A stretch of DNA of 64,000 bases from Chrysomallon squamiferum (taxonomy: Eukaryota > Animalia > Mollusca). Positions within the stretch are counted from its first letter, which is position 1, and each line of letters begins with the position of its first letter. The position numbers and the translations under genes were made by a program. This document shows, one piece after another, positions 1 to 14,587 of this stretch. The stretch spans positions 9,300,001 through 9,364,000 of the forward strand of contig CM022677.1 in the NCBI GenBank assembly GCA_012295275.1. The letters run 5' to 3'. Under the pieces are notes generated by a model. The model saw only the letters and a list, made by a program, of their open reading frames with translations. It had not been told where the DNA came from and ran no database searches.

Positions 1-91
1 AATTTGTCTTTAGTTTCATTTCATTTTGTCCTAGTTTCAGGTTAAAAACAAATAGAAAACAATTTAAAAAAAAATATTACTTAAAATATAC

Positions 92-2288
92 TTATCACAG
101 ACAGACGTGCCTTGTATTTTGTTTAATTGTTTGTTGTTTTCTGTAGAAATGTTTTTTCTGTTGACACTGTTGCCTGACAACTCTGGCTGTGATTCCTTTA
201 AGCTGTCTGTTAATAAACAACATAGCAGTACTTACCAGTAGAATATGTAATGTACTATTACTGAACTTGTATAACATTAGTAATATTGATATTAGTAACA
301 GTATTGCAAAACAGGTATTCAATAGTAGAAATATTAGTATTTTATTACTAATCTAATAATAGTTCTATTACAGCAATAGTAACAAGTATTAGAACTAAAT
401 ATAGTAAATATAATAAACTAATATTATAATAAACTAGTAACATAATAAAGAGTAACATTAGTAACACTAAGCCATTAGGTAGTAGTAATAGTAACATTAA
501 TATTAGTAGTATTACAGAATTATTAGTAGTAGTGTATGTTACTTCATACTAAATTAGTAGTGGTAGTTATTAGTAGTAGTAGTGTATGTTACTTCATACT
601 AAATTAGTACTGGTAGTTATTAGTAGTAGTAGTGTATGTTATGGTAGTTATTAGTAGTAGTAGTGTATGTTATGGTAGTTATTAGTAGTAGTAGTGTATG
701 TTATGGTAGTTATTAGTAGTAGTAGTGTATGTTATGGTAGTTATTAGTAGCAGTAGTGTATGTTACTTCAAACTAAATTAGTACTGGTAGTTATTAGTAG
801 TAGTAGTGTATGTTATGGTAGTTATTAGTAGTAGTAGTGTATGTTACTTCATACTAAATTAGTACTGGTAGTTATTAGTAGCAGTAGTGTATGTTACTTC
901 ATACTAAATTAGTACTGGTAGTTAGTAGTAGTAGTAGTGTATGTTATGGTAGTTATTAGTAGTAGTAGTGTATGTTACTTCATACTAAATTAGTACTGGT
1001 AGTTAGTAGTAGTAGTAGTGTATGTTATGGTAGTTATTAGTAGTAGTAGTGTATGTTACTTCATACTAAATTAGTACTGGTAGTTATTAGTAGTAGTAGT
1101 GTATGTTACTTCATACTAAATTAGTACTGGTAGTTAGTAGTAGTAGTGTATGTTATGGTAGTTATTATTAGTAGTAGTGTATGTTACTTCATACTAAATT
1201 AGTACTGGTAGTTATTAGTAGTAGTAGTGTATGTTATGGTAGTTATTAGTAGTAGTAGTGTATGTTATGGTAGTTATTAGTAGTAGTAGTGTATGTTACT
1301 TCAAACTAAATTAGTACTGGTAGTTATTAGTAGTAGTAGTGGATGTTATGGTAGTTATTAGTAGTAGTAGTGTATGTTATGGTAGTTATTAGTAGTAGTA
1401 GTGTATGTTACTTCAAACTAAATTAGTACTGGTAGTTATTAGTAGTAGTAGTGTATGTTATGGTAGTTATTAGTAGTAGTAGTGTATGTTATGGTAGTTA
1501 TTAGTAGTAGTAGTGTATGTTACTTCAAACTAAATTAGTACTGGTAGTTATTAGTTAGTAGTGGATGTTATGGTAGTAGTAGTAGTAGTGTATGTTATGG
1601 TAGTTATTAGTAGTAGTAGTGTATGTTACTTCAAACTAAATTAGTACTGGTAGTTATTAGTAGTAGTAGTGTATGTTATGGTAGTTATTAGTAGTAGTAG
1701 TGTATGTTATGGTAGTTATTAGTAGTAGTAGTGTATGTTACTTCAAACTAAATTAGTACTGGTAGTTATTAGTAGTAGTAGTGTATGTTATGGTAGTTAT
1801 TAGTAGTAGTGTATGTTATGGTAGTTATTAGTAGTAGTAGTGTATGTTACTTCAAACTAAATTAGTACTGGTAGTTATTAGTAGTAGTAGTGTATGTTAT
1901 GGTAGTTATTAGTAGTAGTAGTGTATGTTACTTCATACTAAATTAGTACTGGTAGTTATTAGTAGTAGTAGTGTATGTTATGGTAGTTATTAGTAGCAGT
2001 AGTGTATGTTACTTCATACTAAATTAGTACTGGTAGTTATTATTAGTAGTAGTGTATGTTATGGTAGTTATTAGTAGTAGTAGTGTATGTTACTTCAAAC
2101 TGAATTAGTACTGTTAGTTGTTTTGGAGAACAGTAATTAAGTTGTACAATTATTATTTATATATTTATTTATTTATTTATTTATTATGATAGTTGATGTT
2201 GCTGTTATTATTATTATTACTGTTGTGGTTGTTGTTTTATCATTATTATTATTGTTATTGTTATTGTTATTATTAATATTTTTATTAT

Positions 2289-2321
<33 letters not shown>

Positions 2322-2664
2322 TTATAGGTTTACCTTTGTCTTGTCTTTTATTTTCAGAAATGTTCTTGACAGATTCTGTTTTCTTCACCTCTGCTGTTGT
2401 TGCTGTAGTTGTTTCATCACCACTTTGTGCTGCTGTTCTCTTTAAGCTAGTTTCTGACTGAACTGTGTTTTCACTGACTGTGTTACTGGTGTTTTCTACT
2501 TCTATCACTGGCACATGCTCTACCTCCATCATCTTTTTACCTACAAACAAGTGATATTTTTATATACCTCTTATCTCTTTATAGCACAGTGTGTCATTCT
2601 GTTTCTACATACTTTTCTTTGTACGATGTGTAAGTATGTGGGTGTGGAGGGTATTTTGTTTGTA

Positions 2665-2699
<35 letters not shown>

Positions 2700-5600
2700 T
2701 GTGTGTGTCTGTGTGTTTGTAGTCTGAATATGTCTGTATATATAGATATAGCATTTTAAATTAATTAATAAAAATACAATTAATAACAACTACAAATAGG
2801 TTATTTTATTCAGTTTTTACTGCTGTTTAATTTGAGCATGAAAAAAAAACAAAAAAACACCCATAACAGCTCTAGATACATCATATCAGACTATTTCTTG
2901 TTTTATTTAAACAGTGTTTTCTCAACTAATAGTTTAACCATAATTTATACATCAAAATTTCAACTTAAATAAACATAAATATGATAAATAAGTTTTGAGA
3001 TAAAATATTTATAATAAAGACTAAGGAATGTGTGTGTGTGATAAAAATATAATAAATATTTTCATACATAAAAATGCATGCAGAGGTGAGTTAAAATAAT
3101 GATTTGTTGAAACAAAAGAAATATTTGGAAAAGTTTCTGAAAAAAATATTTGTTGAGTGAAACAAATTTAAGGTGAATATTCAAACAAAAATAAAAAAGA
3201 TTTCAGTGAAAAAGAATACAAAAAATACTGAATTTTGTACTGTTCTTCTTTGCTTTATTTCTCTCCTGCATTACCACTTCTTTCATTTCTTCTGTTTTAT
3301 TTACTTCAGTTCTGTTTTCTATAGATATATATATATATATATGTATATAAATGTATATTTTTGTCTGTTTGTGTTTCATGTCATGCATATAAAATATAAG
3401 AGGTGCAGCAGTCTACAAGTGGAATGATACATGGGATACATGTCATGCTGTGAGACACACTGTGAGACAGGCTGTGAGACATGCGTGAGACACATGTAAT
3501 AAACAAACGTCACCTGCTACCATTGATCTGACACTAGACAGAAAACCTGTGGAGGTTTTTACCAATCGGCCAAATCTCTGCATACCTTTGTTTTAATAAA
3601 ACATAACACTGTGTAATGTTTATAAATACCAGTTTTGTATATACACACACACAAACAAACACACAGATACAATACAGACATATACATATACACATACAAA
3701 TACACAAACACCTACAAATTGATTCACACACAAACACACACACATACACACCCATTCATACATAACTAAACACACAGATATACATACATATTATACTCAC
3801 AAATACACATATAAATACACAGACACACATAACACACACACAAATAAACACACTGATAATACTAAATAGACTTACTTGTTTTTGTTGTTTCTGCTGATTT
3901 AGAAGACAAATTAGAAATTTCTCTTTCTGTTTCAGCTTTGTTCAGTGACACACCACCTTTGTCTGCGTTAGACAAATTTGACTTCTCTCTCTATAACAAA
4001 TGTTGTCACTTTTTAAAATATCAATGAAAAAATGGCACTAAATCAATGAAAAATATGAATAATTCAGATTATTTATTATACAATAATTTATTGAAGATAA
4101 ATTACTACTTCAGAGTACATAAAAATTGACAATTAAACATTTTAAAAACAGCAACATGAAAGTATGAAGGATTAAAAAGAATGTTGTAAAGAACTCAACA
4201 GAAAAGCATTGATTATTTTTTTTCAATGAGTACAGATATTTTGGCAACAGACATTTCATCAAGGTAACTTTCTTTCATTAAAAAACCTTCACAACATATT
4301 CACTGAAAACATGCTAAGCCAAATCACTGTACATTGTTTCAGACTGTGAGTGAAGCTGTACTCACTCTTCTAAGAAGTTTGGATACAACTCTGGATCTGG
4401 CGTTTGTCGACAGTTCCTCTATCGGGTTTGGGTACACTGCTGTTTTTTTTTCCTGTCTCGCTTTTTCTGGCAGTTTGGAAAGTTCTGGAACTTTGAGCCA
4501 GGCTCGTTGCTGGGCTTTGTCAAGAAAATTTAGAAATTCTGGCCAGCTGAGACAAAAACAACAACAAAAATGTATCTGTTAGTTTAAAAGTGTAATTTAT
4601 ACTGATTATCATCATTATCATCATCAATATTATTATAATTATAATCATAATTATTATTATTATCATCATCATCATCATCATTATGATTTAAAATTGGGTT
4701 CTGTTATTAGTTACTCAGTTTTTCATCTGATTTTCATTCAATATATATCATCTGTAATTATAACATTTTCATGTGATAAAGATGTATATTTTTTTCAAAT
4801 TATGTAAAATATCAATGACAAAAATGAATTCTTTTTGGATTTGCTTGTTTTGTTTAATTTTTCTGAGCTTTATTTTTAAACAAAATTTGTATATGACAGA
4901 GAAATGTGGTTACCTCACTTGGTCTGTTTTATCCACATCACATCTTTTAGCCAGATTTTTCAACAGAGCACCATACAGTGGAGTACGATCATTGCATATC
5001 AACATAACCTGAAAAACATTTACAACAAACCTGTCAACATCATATCAACATAACCTGAAAAACATTTACAACAAACCCATCAACATAACCTGAAAAACAT
5101 TTACAACAAACCCATCAACATAACCTGAAAAACATTTACAACAAACCTGTCAACATCATATCAACATAACCTGAAAAACATTTACAACAAACCCATCAAC
5201 ATAACCTGAAAAACATTTACAACAAACCTGTCAACATCATATCAACATAACCTGAAATCATTTACAACAAACCCATCAACATAACCTGAAATCATTTACA
5301 ACAAACCCATCAACATAACCTGAAAAACATTTACAACAAACCCATCAACATAACCTGAAAAACATTTACAACAAACCTGTCAACATCATATCAATATAAC
5401 CTGAAAAACATTTACATTAAATGTCACTTTATACTCTTCATCATGATGATCATCTTATTATTATTTGTGAAAATACAATGTGCAAATACAAAGACAGCCA
5501 CAACAATTCACACACACACACACACACACGCGCGTTATTATACTAGTAATACATTCTAATGAACTATTTAATGATGCAAATGATTATTAAAGTCAGGGAT

Positions 5601-8600
5601 GATTAATTTTCTTTCCCAGTTATCACAAAATTGACGTTATAAAAAAATATCATTGATTGAAATACTGATTACCAATAAATCATTCTCCTTCCTGATCTTC
5701 ATGTATAAAAGAATAAAAACAATCAAAGTAAATTCCAAACATCAGTCTCTGCAGCGGTGAAGTTAGTTCAACAATTACAAAATAACAAAACCCAACCGAT
5801 TACATTTACACCAAAAATAAAAAGGAAATAAATAAATAAATAAATAAAATATAAATAAATAATTAACAGTAAATAAATAAATAGATAAATAAAGAAAGAA
5901 AGAATAAAAAGAATAAATAAGTAAGTAAATAACTAGGCAATTAAAAAATAACTCAGTAGCATTAACTAAATAAATAAATAAATTTTGTGTTGATAAACAT
6001 TTAACTTTATGTGTTGCTTTTCAGATGACTTGACAGTTTTCTAAACTGAAACATATCAGAAAATGTTAGCTACAGTTAATTAACCTCTGCCTGAGGAACA
6101 AATAACTTAAATATTTGCCTATTCCAAATCAGCCAGTGAGCTTTTTAAAAAGAAATGGTTTCTGTATTTCTATTTTTCATAGATGGAAGAGATAAAAATG
6201 GGGGGATGATCACTTTTTAAGGGATTTACAAATAAATTTCCAATTCTCAAAATAGGGAAAGAAAACTTACCTGTACTGCTCAATAGTAGTAAAAACAATA
6301 ATAACAAAAGTAATAATAATAATAACAATAATAACAACAACAACAACAACAATGATGATGTTATTACTGATTCTTTAGATATTTTTCCTGTTCTTGTTGA
6401 GTCCCAGGACTGGAAATCTTTCCTCAGAGCGTCGATGTCAAAGAAAACTTTGTCTTTGATGAGCATTTCCTCAATACGTCTGATGAAGTCTGTGTCTTGT
6501 TTGTCCACCGTCACGTCTGTGTGGGCTGCCAGGTCGTTTCTCAGATGTCTCGCTAAAACACTGTCACGTCCTGCAACAACAACATCATTTTCAACACGTC
6601 TGTCTGTCTGCCTGTCTGTGTGTCTTTTGTGTGTATGTGTATGAGTATGGGTGTGTGAGTTGTACAATGTGTATGTCTTTGAGTGTATATATATTTTTAA
6701 CTCAAAAGCTTTACTTAAAACAAAGATTTCATTCTTACACATTTTTTCTTGAAATTATTAACATGGAATCCTTGTCATATCATGATATGTTAACTATGTC
6801 TTAGACATAAAATAATTATTATTTATTTTACCTCTTTGTTGTTTTTAACCTTATAGTCAAAATAAGAAAACTCACTCAGTAAACCATGATCTTAAATGTT
6901 ACTCAAATTTGACATCACTTACTTTTCTGGGCATTCAAAAATTTTAATAAAATACCAAAAAATATAGAGGAATTACAAAAACCCTGATACATTTATTTTG
7001 TCAAATCAAAAGGATGAGAAACAAATTATTTTTTTATGCTGGCTTTATTCACTAACTACCTGTTTTGTTATGAGCTGCTGTGAGACACTTGTACAGCTGT
7101 TCATAGTCCACACCAACATGATCCTCAAAAATGTCAAACATCATTTGAAAAAGTCGGTTTGATACTTTCACCTGGTTTTCCTAAAGAAACACAAAATTAT
7201 CTTCAGATTTAAATGTTTATTAAATAAATTAATATGCATACATTACTATTATTGTTGTTGATGTTGTTGATGTTGTTGTTTTTATATCAGAGCTACCTTA
7301 GTGGAAGTGACTGATAAAAACTAAAATGATCACCTGAAATGCTTGTTGAAGATCTTTCTGCGATATTCTGGCTTCTACGTTGCTATAACGACGCAGACTC
7401 ATGTGCACTGCTCTGAGCCTCTGTCTGGAATACTCCGCAAGTGCATCCTTTAAAAATGTTTCCAGTTTGCGTCTGGGATCAATCTGCTCAGCAGATGGAA
7501 TATCTGAATCACAAAAAATTCTTGTTACAGAAAAACAACAGAAAAAGAAATTCAGTAATATGACACATGGATATCAGTTAAGCACCTTCACTGTCAAGCA
7601 TGTTAATTATACTTAAAGAAGGTTAATTAAGGATAATTAACTTTGTGAATTGAAAGACAAAGGAGAAAGAAGTATATCAATATTTGATGTAAAGAAGCTA
7701 TCTAGGAGAACTTTACCAGCATCAGCCAGTTTTAGTCAGTTCAAAGTTAAATATATCAGATCAGAACAGAGTTATCTAATTGCTGTACACCATATATTAT
7801 CCTCTTTTAGTGTTTATGTGAAAATGTTTCATATGGCTGGCTAAGATATAACTGCATCCCTCATTTCTTCAGTTAGTAATATTTCCATCTAGTTGCTTTG
7901 GGTTTTTCATTAAAATATTTTTGTGTGAATATCAAGATGTTGTTTTTAAATCATAATAATTTAGATTTTTAGAAATGAAGAAGTGCAATGTGTATTGTAC
8001 AGCTTTGATGAGGTCAGAGTGAGTTATTTATATAATTCAGTATAAACTTATCATTAATAAAAACCACAAAAAGAAACAAATAAAAACAAAAACAACAACA
8101 ACCAGGAATAACAATTTGGAATTTGCTTTGTTAACGTACTCATGCAGATGGGCTGCAAGAAAAACGGACAGTAAAATAAAGTGACTGGAAGATTCAAAAA
8201 TCAAACCAGTAAATGAGTTACATTAGTTACGTCAATCTGGTTCCTTAGACGTATAATAATCTTAATATCTGCAAAATTATGACACTTTTTCCAGCAATGA
8301 CATGTTTCCTATCACTTCTCGTTTAGAAACCACGTATCACAGTTAGCGTTTCATGTGTTTCAAAAGACAGCTACTGTAATCATTTTATTTGTAACGTTAA
8401 TGTAATACGTTTCAGACGAGATCGTTCTTCATCGCAATAGTTATTACAAGCTATGTAAAGTTAGCTATTTAATTATTTCGTGGTGAATTATTAGTTCCAC
8501 CAGAAAATCGCAGGAATCTTTGTATAAACAAACTGTATAAAAGATAATAACATTATAGAAAGAAATAGATTTCATTGTAATAAAGAGAAAATAATAATCA

Positions 8601-8808
8601 GTAAAGGCACAGATTAATAATAATTAAAAAAAAAAAAAAAAAGATTTAATCTATTTATCAAATACCGATGGACGTCGCATAATTAGTTGTCTTACCTATA
8701 AATTCCTCTGTTGGTACTTCGACATTTCTCGGCGTTTTTCGTCCATATGGCGACGGAGAACGTTCTTGTCTACGACCCGCCTGTAAGTCAAAATCACTTT
8801 AGTTTCAG

Positions 8809-8849
<41 letters not shown>

Positions 8850-9643
8850 GAAAAACTCAGAAATTAGAATAATTTTCTATTAAGGTAATGCATTATTTTT
8901 ATTATTTAAATATAGATTTGACAATATTTGAGCAACATGAAATTTATATACATTGTTTGTTATAATCACAAGTGGAATTATTATTATAATAATAAATAGA
9001 TTAGATAATAATAATCTTCATTAAACATGTAAGAACTGTTAATTATTATAACCGTTCTTACAGAATGCAGGGTGTCGAGGGAATTGCCAGAACCTTTATA
9101 ACTAGCATTTCTTTCTTTTCTGTTCTGCGTTCTTAGAGTAGAACTCATTGTGACATCAACTTCTACGTCAACATCATCATTCTGAAATTATAACACTACA
9201 GTAAAAACAATACGTAAACTAGAGCAACATGAGCATGTTACAATGCAATGCACTAAATATAACTGACAAAGACAATGATAACATAATTATTTTTTTCTGT
9301 TTTACAACAAAGTAGTGTTCCTGGTAGCAATGTATTAGAAATGAAAAACACAACACAACACAACAACAACAACAACATGTGTTAATATCACTGTTAATGC
9401 TACTACTACGACTTTTGCTCCTATTATAACTATCTCGGTTGCTGCTGCTATTGCTACTACTATTACTATTTCTACTACTACTGGTATTTCCATATTACTA
9501 TTACAATTGCTGCTGCTACTACTACTAGTACTGTTGTTACTATTATTGCTACCGCTACTACTACCATGTCTACTGCTTCTACTACTATTATTAGTTTTGT
9601 TGCAAATGTGACTTACCTTACACAAACTGCCTGTGTTACTCAT
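92..9643 (-). CDS. Uncharacterised degenerate EF-hand-like protein (possibly C1orf87-like), 3'-partial, start uncertain
   Basis: Phase-consistent exons: 9617-9643 (ATG; exon may extend to 9672), 9062-9181, 8696-8780, 7334-7503, 7060-7180, 6368-6570 (DFQSWDSTRTGKISKE), 4914-5008 (CDVDKTDQVS), 4366-4546 (WPEFLNFL), 3876-3990, 3241-3318 (weak), 2334-2540, ~92-206 (weak end). EF-hand-like loops are followed by a Glu/Lys/Thr-rich disordered tail. The family name is tentative. Confidence 0.75.
520..2115. repeat. Complex intronic minisatellite (31-bp core with optional 19-bp insert)
   Basis: Repeated tggtagttattagtagtagtagtgtatgtta, irregularly followed by cttca(t/a)actaaattagtac. Confidence 0.95.
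4997..5416. repeat. 35/46-bp tandem repeat (11 copies) containing a splice acceptor
   Basis: Unit caacataacctgaaaaacatttacaacaaacc(cat|tgtcaacatcatat); the leftmost copy overlaps the exon boundary at 5008. Confidence 0.95.
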
Positions 9644-12349
9644 AACTCCAGTCAAACAATTTTCAAATATGTCTAAATAATTCTAAATAGTTTTAATATA
9701 TTGGATATTTTTATCAAAATAATAAATAATCCAAACTCGTACAGAATATTTGTTTCCTATCTTATAGTATTTTCTTCTGGACCTTCTAAAAATTAATTAT
9801 TCTTTGCTGTGTCTATATAAAAAAATAATAACTCAAGCTGACTTTCTATCGATCAATAGCTACTTTGAAAAATTCACACCACGCATTATCATGAAAATAC
9901 GATAGTCTCTGTGAGGCAGTATGGTTCCGTGGACATATTATAACTAGTCTTAATGTTCACTTTGACAGTTAATGTGCACGCACGCAATTGCTCTTGTGCG
10001 TTTGCACACGTTTGTTAAAACTTCATTACGCTGATTATAAAAAAAAAAAAATATATAATATAGACAAATACAGGTTTATAATAATTAAGTTCTATTATGT
10101 TTAAAAGACTACTTTTTTGTGCAGCTCGTGACTTTTTTTATTATTTTTGTTATTTGTGTTGTAAATTTTTTTTTATTGTGTGCATTCATATAATCAAACA
10201 GATTTTTATTTATTAAATTGAAATAGCAGTACATGTAAATAAACAAAATTAAAAATGAATAGGAAAAGAAATATAATGAAAATAAATTTAATCATTCAGT
10301 AACATTAGTTATTTTTTAAATACTTTAAATTATTATCTCTATGCAAATAAAATAAACCATGAAATAATGTGCAAAAATAGCACATAATTAAAAAAAATAA
10401 AAATAAAAAAGACCAATAATCGTAATATCTCATAGCATTAATGCTGTATTTACACAAAATGGTGTCAACTTTGGAAGTCAATACTCTTTGTAGTTGTCTG
10501 TTACCTAGCAACACTATCGACCTGTTAACTCCTAAACCTCATTTATGTGTTTTGGGCGCTCTGTTAATCAATGATCAGTTAACAGCATCGTCAAATGTTC
10601 ACGAAATAGGATTCTAAAAATTATTATTAACATCTCATCAACGAGAGATAGGCCAAACCCGTTTTCTCCATGCTCCATTTAGAAAAATAACTGACTCCAT
10701 AATATCTTTTGCTTTGTAGTTTTATTCAAAGTTATTAAATTCTGTTTACTCACAGAAAGAGTTAATATTTTCAGTTAGTGTTTACTGACATGCATGAGTA
10801 AGTTTAATCAACTAACAACATTATTTGTTATTTTTTAATGTCAGAAACTTATTACTGAAAAATGTATACGAGTTCACAGGCTGCTGTGTCAGTTGTAAAC
10901 TGAAACTGCAAGATCTTCGAAGTGTTTCTTCTTATTTGCTTTCTTTATTATTATTATTTTATTTTAAAGTTTCTAAAATTATTTATTTTTTAAATTATTG
11001 TAATGATGATAAAATAATATTTGAGTTGTTTTTTTTACCATTTTTATTAATTTTGAAACGAATCATCTGATTTATAATATTCAAATTTTTATTTTAAAAT
11101 AATATCCTTCTGATAATATTTAATTAATCTTCAAGTGCTTTCTTCTTTAATACCAAACTACTTCTGTTTCTCATGTCTTCTCCGGCTTATATTATAGTTA
11201 TTAGTGAAATTAGCAATAGTAAAATTACATTTAAACAAAGAGAAGCATATTATAGTTTTTCATTGTTGTTGTTTTGTTTTTTTAATAGTTAATTTAGAAA
11301 GTATAAAATTGTAATGAAAAATCTATCATTTTAAATTAATGATTGTAAAGACCATGAAACTGAATTTTAAAAAGAAGAGAATACTTCAGACATGATAAAT
11401 GAAAAAAAAAAAAATGCAAATAATAATAATAATAATAATAAAAAGATTATTAACAACTCACATTGTAAGAAACTGCTGTCACAGAATAATTTTCACAAGA
11501 TGATAATCACATTCCAAGACTTGACAGCTTTCACTTACAATTTCTCTAGTCTCTAGACTTGATTAAATCTTTCTTATAACCAGCTAACTGAATGACGTAG
11601 GCTAATTATTGTTATTTCCGATAATTAAGGCCATTAATGTTCTGTTAAACAGAAATACTTACAAATAGTAAATAAATTAATAAATAAGATTCTGTCATAA
11701 TTATCACTGATTTTCTTCTGTTTCGTCTAAAGCATAAATTATCTATTTTACAATAAAAGAAAAGGAAAGATAAATTTACTGTTAACAAAAAGCCATTGGA
11801 AAGTCTAGTCTAATTCAAACGCAATTATTTCAGTAACAAATACGTTTACATTTTGGCCACAAAGTTGTGTTTATCATCACAGTGCGGATATGATTTGTCG
11901 TCTAGCAAGTAGGAGCACTTAACAAATCGATCACCGCTATTTTCATTTAATCCACGCATGCTCTGCCTTTTGACTTTATTTACGAAATTATTTAAAAATT
12001 AAAAGTAAATCATTAGTTAGTGTTACATACAAATAAATAAACCGACAAACCAATAATAGATAGATAGATAAATAAATAAGCAAACAAACAAACAACAAAA
12101 AAAAAAAAAAAACCTAACTAAAGTAATAGATAAACAAACAACAAAATTATACATAATGAATGAATGAATGAATAAAGGTCAGAATGCCATGGGAGAACCA
12201 TTTAGTGTCATATTTAAAAACTTACCTGTTTTGTTAAATATATCATCAAAATTGTTGCATTGCCCGGAGTGGGTCTACAATACTGTTATGATGGTCTGTA
12301 TCAACATAAATTTATCAGTGTGTGCTGAGTATACAAATATACATTTCCA

Positions 12350-12350
<1 letters not shown>

Positions 12351-12417
<67 letters not shown>
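12351..12417. repeat. (TTA)n microsatellite
   Basis: Pure trinucleotide run. Confidence 0.95.
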
Positions 12418-12418
<1 letters not shown>

Positions 12419-13143
12419 TATCGTTTATTTTCACATACACGAGTTAGGTAACGGACACAAGAACATACAGACCGAATGTCAGCCAAAACAAACACAATAG
12501 ATACATTCTGGTCACATTTTTAACAGAGTTGTACGTTTCACGTCATAATTATATATTAAACAGTTGCTTTGAGTGACATTTCTAAAACGTTTCTAGAGTT
12601 GTCATAACAAAACACTGTGACTTACTCTTTTTACTATTCAGTTTAATTACAATGAGAAAATACACTGAATCAGCGCAACCATTACAAAATTCTTGTTTGT
12701 GCTTCTAAAGTGTAGAATAGTTTAGCCATGGAGATTTTGATTAAAAACATTGTTTTAAGGTAGAACATTTTGGCTATATAAACGATAGGAATAGTGGTAA
12801 AAAATATACATTTTAAACTGTCACAGTAAAATATATATGCACTAGATAAATAACACATTAACAAGAGTACAGTTTGAGTTATTTATTTATACACAGAACA
12901 TATTATATAATAACATTTAAAAAAAAAATAAGCGCAAGTAAATTAATTACCTTTTTTGAAACTTGAGTTAAAATAATTAGAATCAAATTATTACGAATCA
13001 GAACTCAACACCGAAGCGCACATATAATAGATATAGTAGATTCCTGCAAACATCGATGGAAACCGCGGAATCAAAGAGAAAAGCGAAGTAACTTCAAAGC
13101 TGTGTTTATCATAATAATCGGATTTTACCTTAAGGAATGACGA

Positions 13144-13144
<1 letters not shown>

Positions 13145-13213
<69 letters not shown>
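13145..13213. repeat. (AAT)n microsatellite
   Basis: Pure trinucleotide run. Confidence 0.95.
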
Positions 13214-13214
<1 letters not shown>

Positions 13215-13513
13215 CTTATGTTATGCAAATGACTTTATAAGACTTAGTCTCCAATCGTACCCAAAATTTCACAATAAAAATAATAAATTAGATTATTATC
13301 ACAGCTTCAATTCAAATAAAGGTTGAGCATTTAAAAAACATTATTTTATTACAAATCGATAATTTTTCGACTAACTGTGTGAGCGTGAGAAGAGAATAAA
13401 AGTTATTTTTCTTTTATTATAAGCGAGAGCGAGTGAGAGAGTACATCAAAAATTAACATTTTTCTTTTCTTATATTTCTGTGTATAGTGAAATGTAAATA
13501 ATTGTTGTTGGTG

Positions 13514-13569
<56 letters not shown>

Positions 13570-14185
13570 GTTACTTATTATTGTTGTTGTTGTTGTTTTC
13601 TTTATGTTAATATCTCACAAACTCGTTTTTAGCTTTGTTATAATAACGTATTGCATTACACTTTTTCATTTACAGTCTATAAAAGTTCATTTTAATTTAT
13701 TTGTTGTTCTTTTGTTCTGATGATCAGTATAATTATTTATTATTGTTACAGTTTGTTAGTTTACCTCACAACTCGATCAGTCGAAGTAACTGCGCATGTC
13801 TAACAGATCGTCCATTGCAGTGTACACTATCGTGAATAGTACGGTTTCTTTTAAATCCTCGTGATTACGAGTAATTGTATTCAGATTATAGTAAACAATA
13901 TTTAAACCAAAACTGTATTAAGTTTAATCATTCTTTTTCTTTACTTACATTCATGAAACGAGAAAAAAAAAGAAAAAAACAGGAGAAATTTTTGACTAAT
14001 ATTAATAAACTTAATATAATAATTTCAAATAGCACCAGTTATTTGTAGTTGCACATAAAATCTACGGCAACTTGACTAGGTAGGAAACAATTTACTGCGA
14101 TTGTAAATAAAATCAACGCGATTTCGGTCTGTAGAAAACGTAAATTAACGGCGATTTCACTAAGCACGTGCTATAAAAGTTTCAA

Positions 14186-14488
14186 GATGGCGATCGAACA
14201 CCGAAATGACACACAGACCATATTTTACGAGGCAATCATAACAATTAAATGCGTCCAAGCATTTTGATAAAATTTTAAAGACAATAAGATAAAAATCTAA
14301 TTATTATGTCCACTTACCTTTCGTTCGTGTCACGTAACCGGTTTTAGTGATTGTAGCATGTTGAAAATTCCGTAATAGTGTCACGATGGCGATCGAACAC
14401 CAAAATGACCAACAGACCATTTTTCACGAGGCAATCATAACAATTGAATGCGTCCAAGCATTTTGATAAAATTTTAAAGACAACAAGG

Positions 14489-14519
<31 letters not shown>

Positions 14520-14587
14520 GTCCAATTACCTTTCGTTCGTGTCACGTAGCTGGTTTTAATGATTCAAGCGTGTTGAAAATTCGTAAT
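14186..14587. repeat. ~190-200-bp direct duplication, CpG-rich
   Basis: 14186-14376 and 14385-14587 both read gatggcgatcgaacac..gaggcaatcataacaatt..ttacctttcgttcgtgtcacgta..gttgaaaatt. Confidence 0.92.

Noticed and set aside
520-2115. Repeat-with-insert array resembling CRISPR
   Set aside because: The inserts are near-identical rather than unique spacers, no cas genes are present, and it lies in a eukaryotic intron.
2186-2461. Hydrophobic plus-strand ORF and similar poly-L, HT, YI and CV ORFs across the window
   Set aside because: They are translations of microsatellites or antisense shadows of real minus-strand exons.
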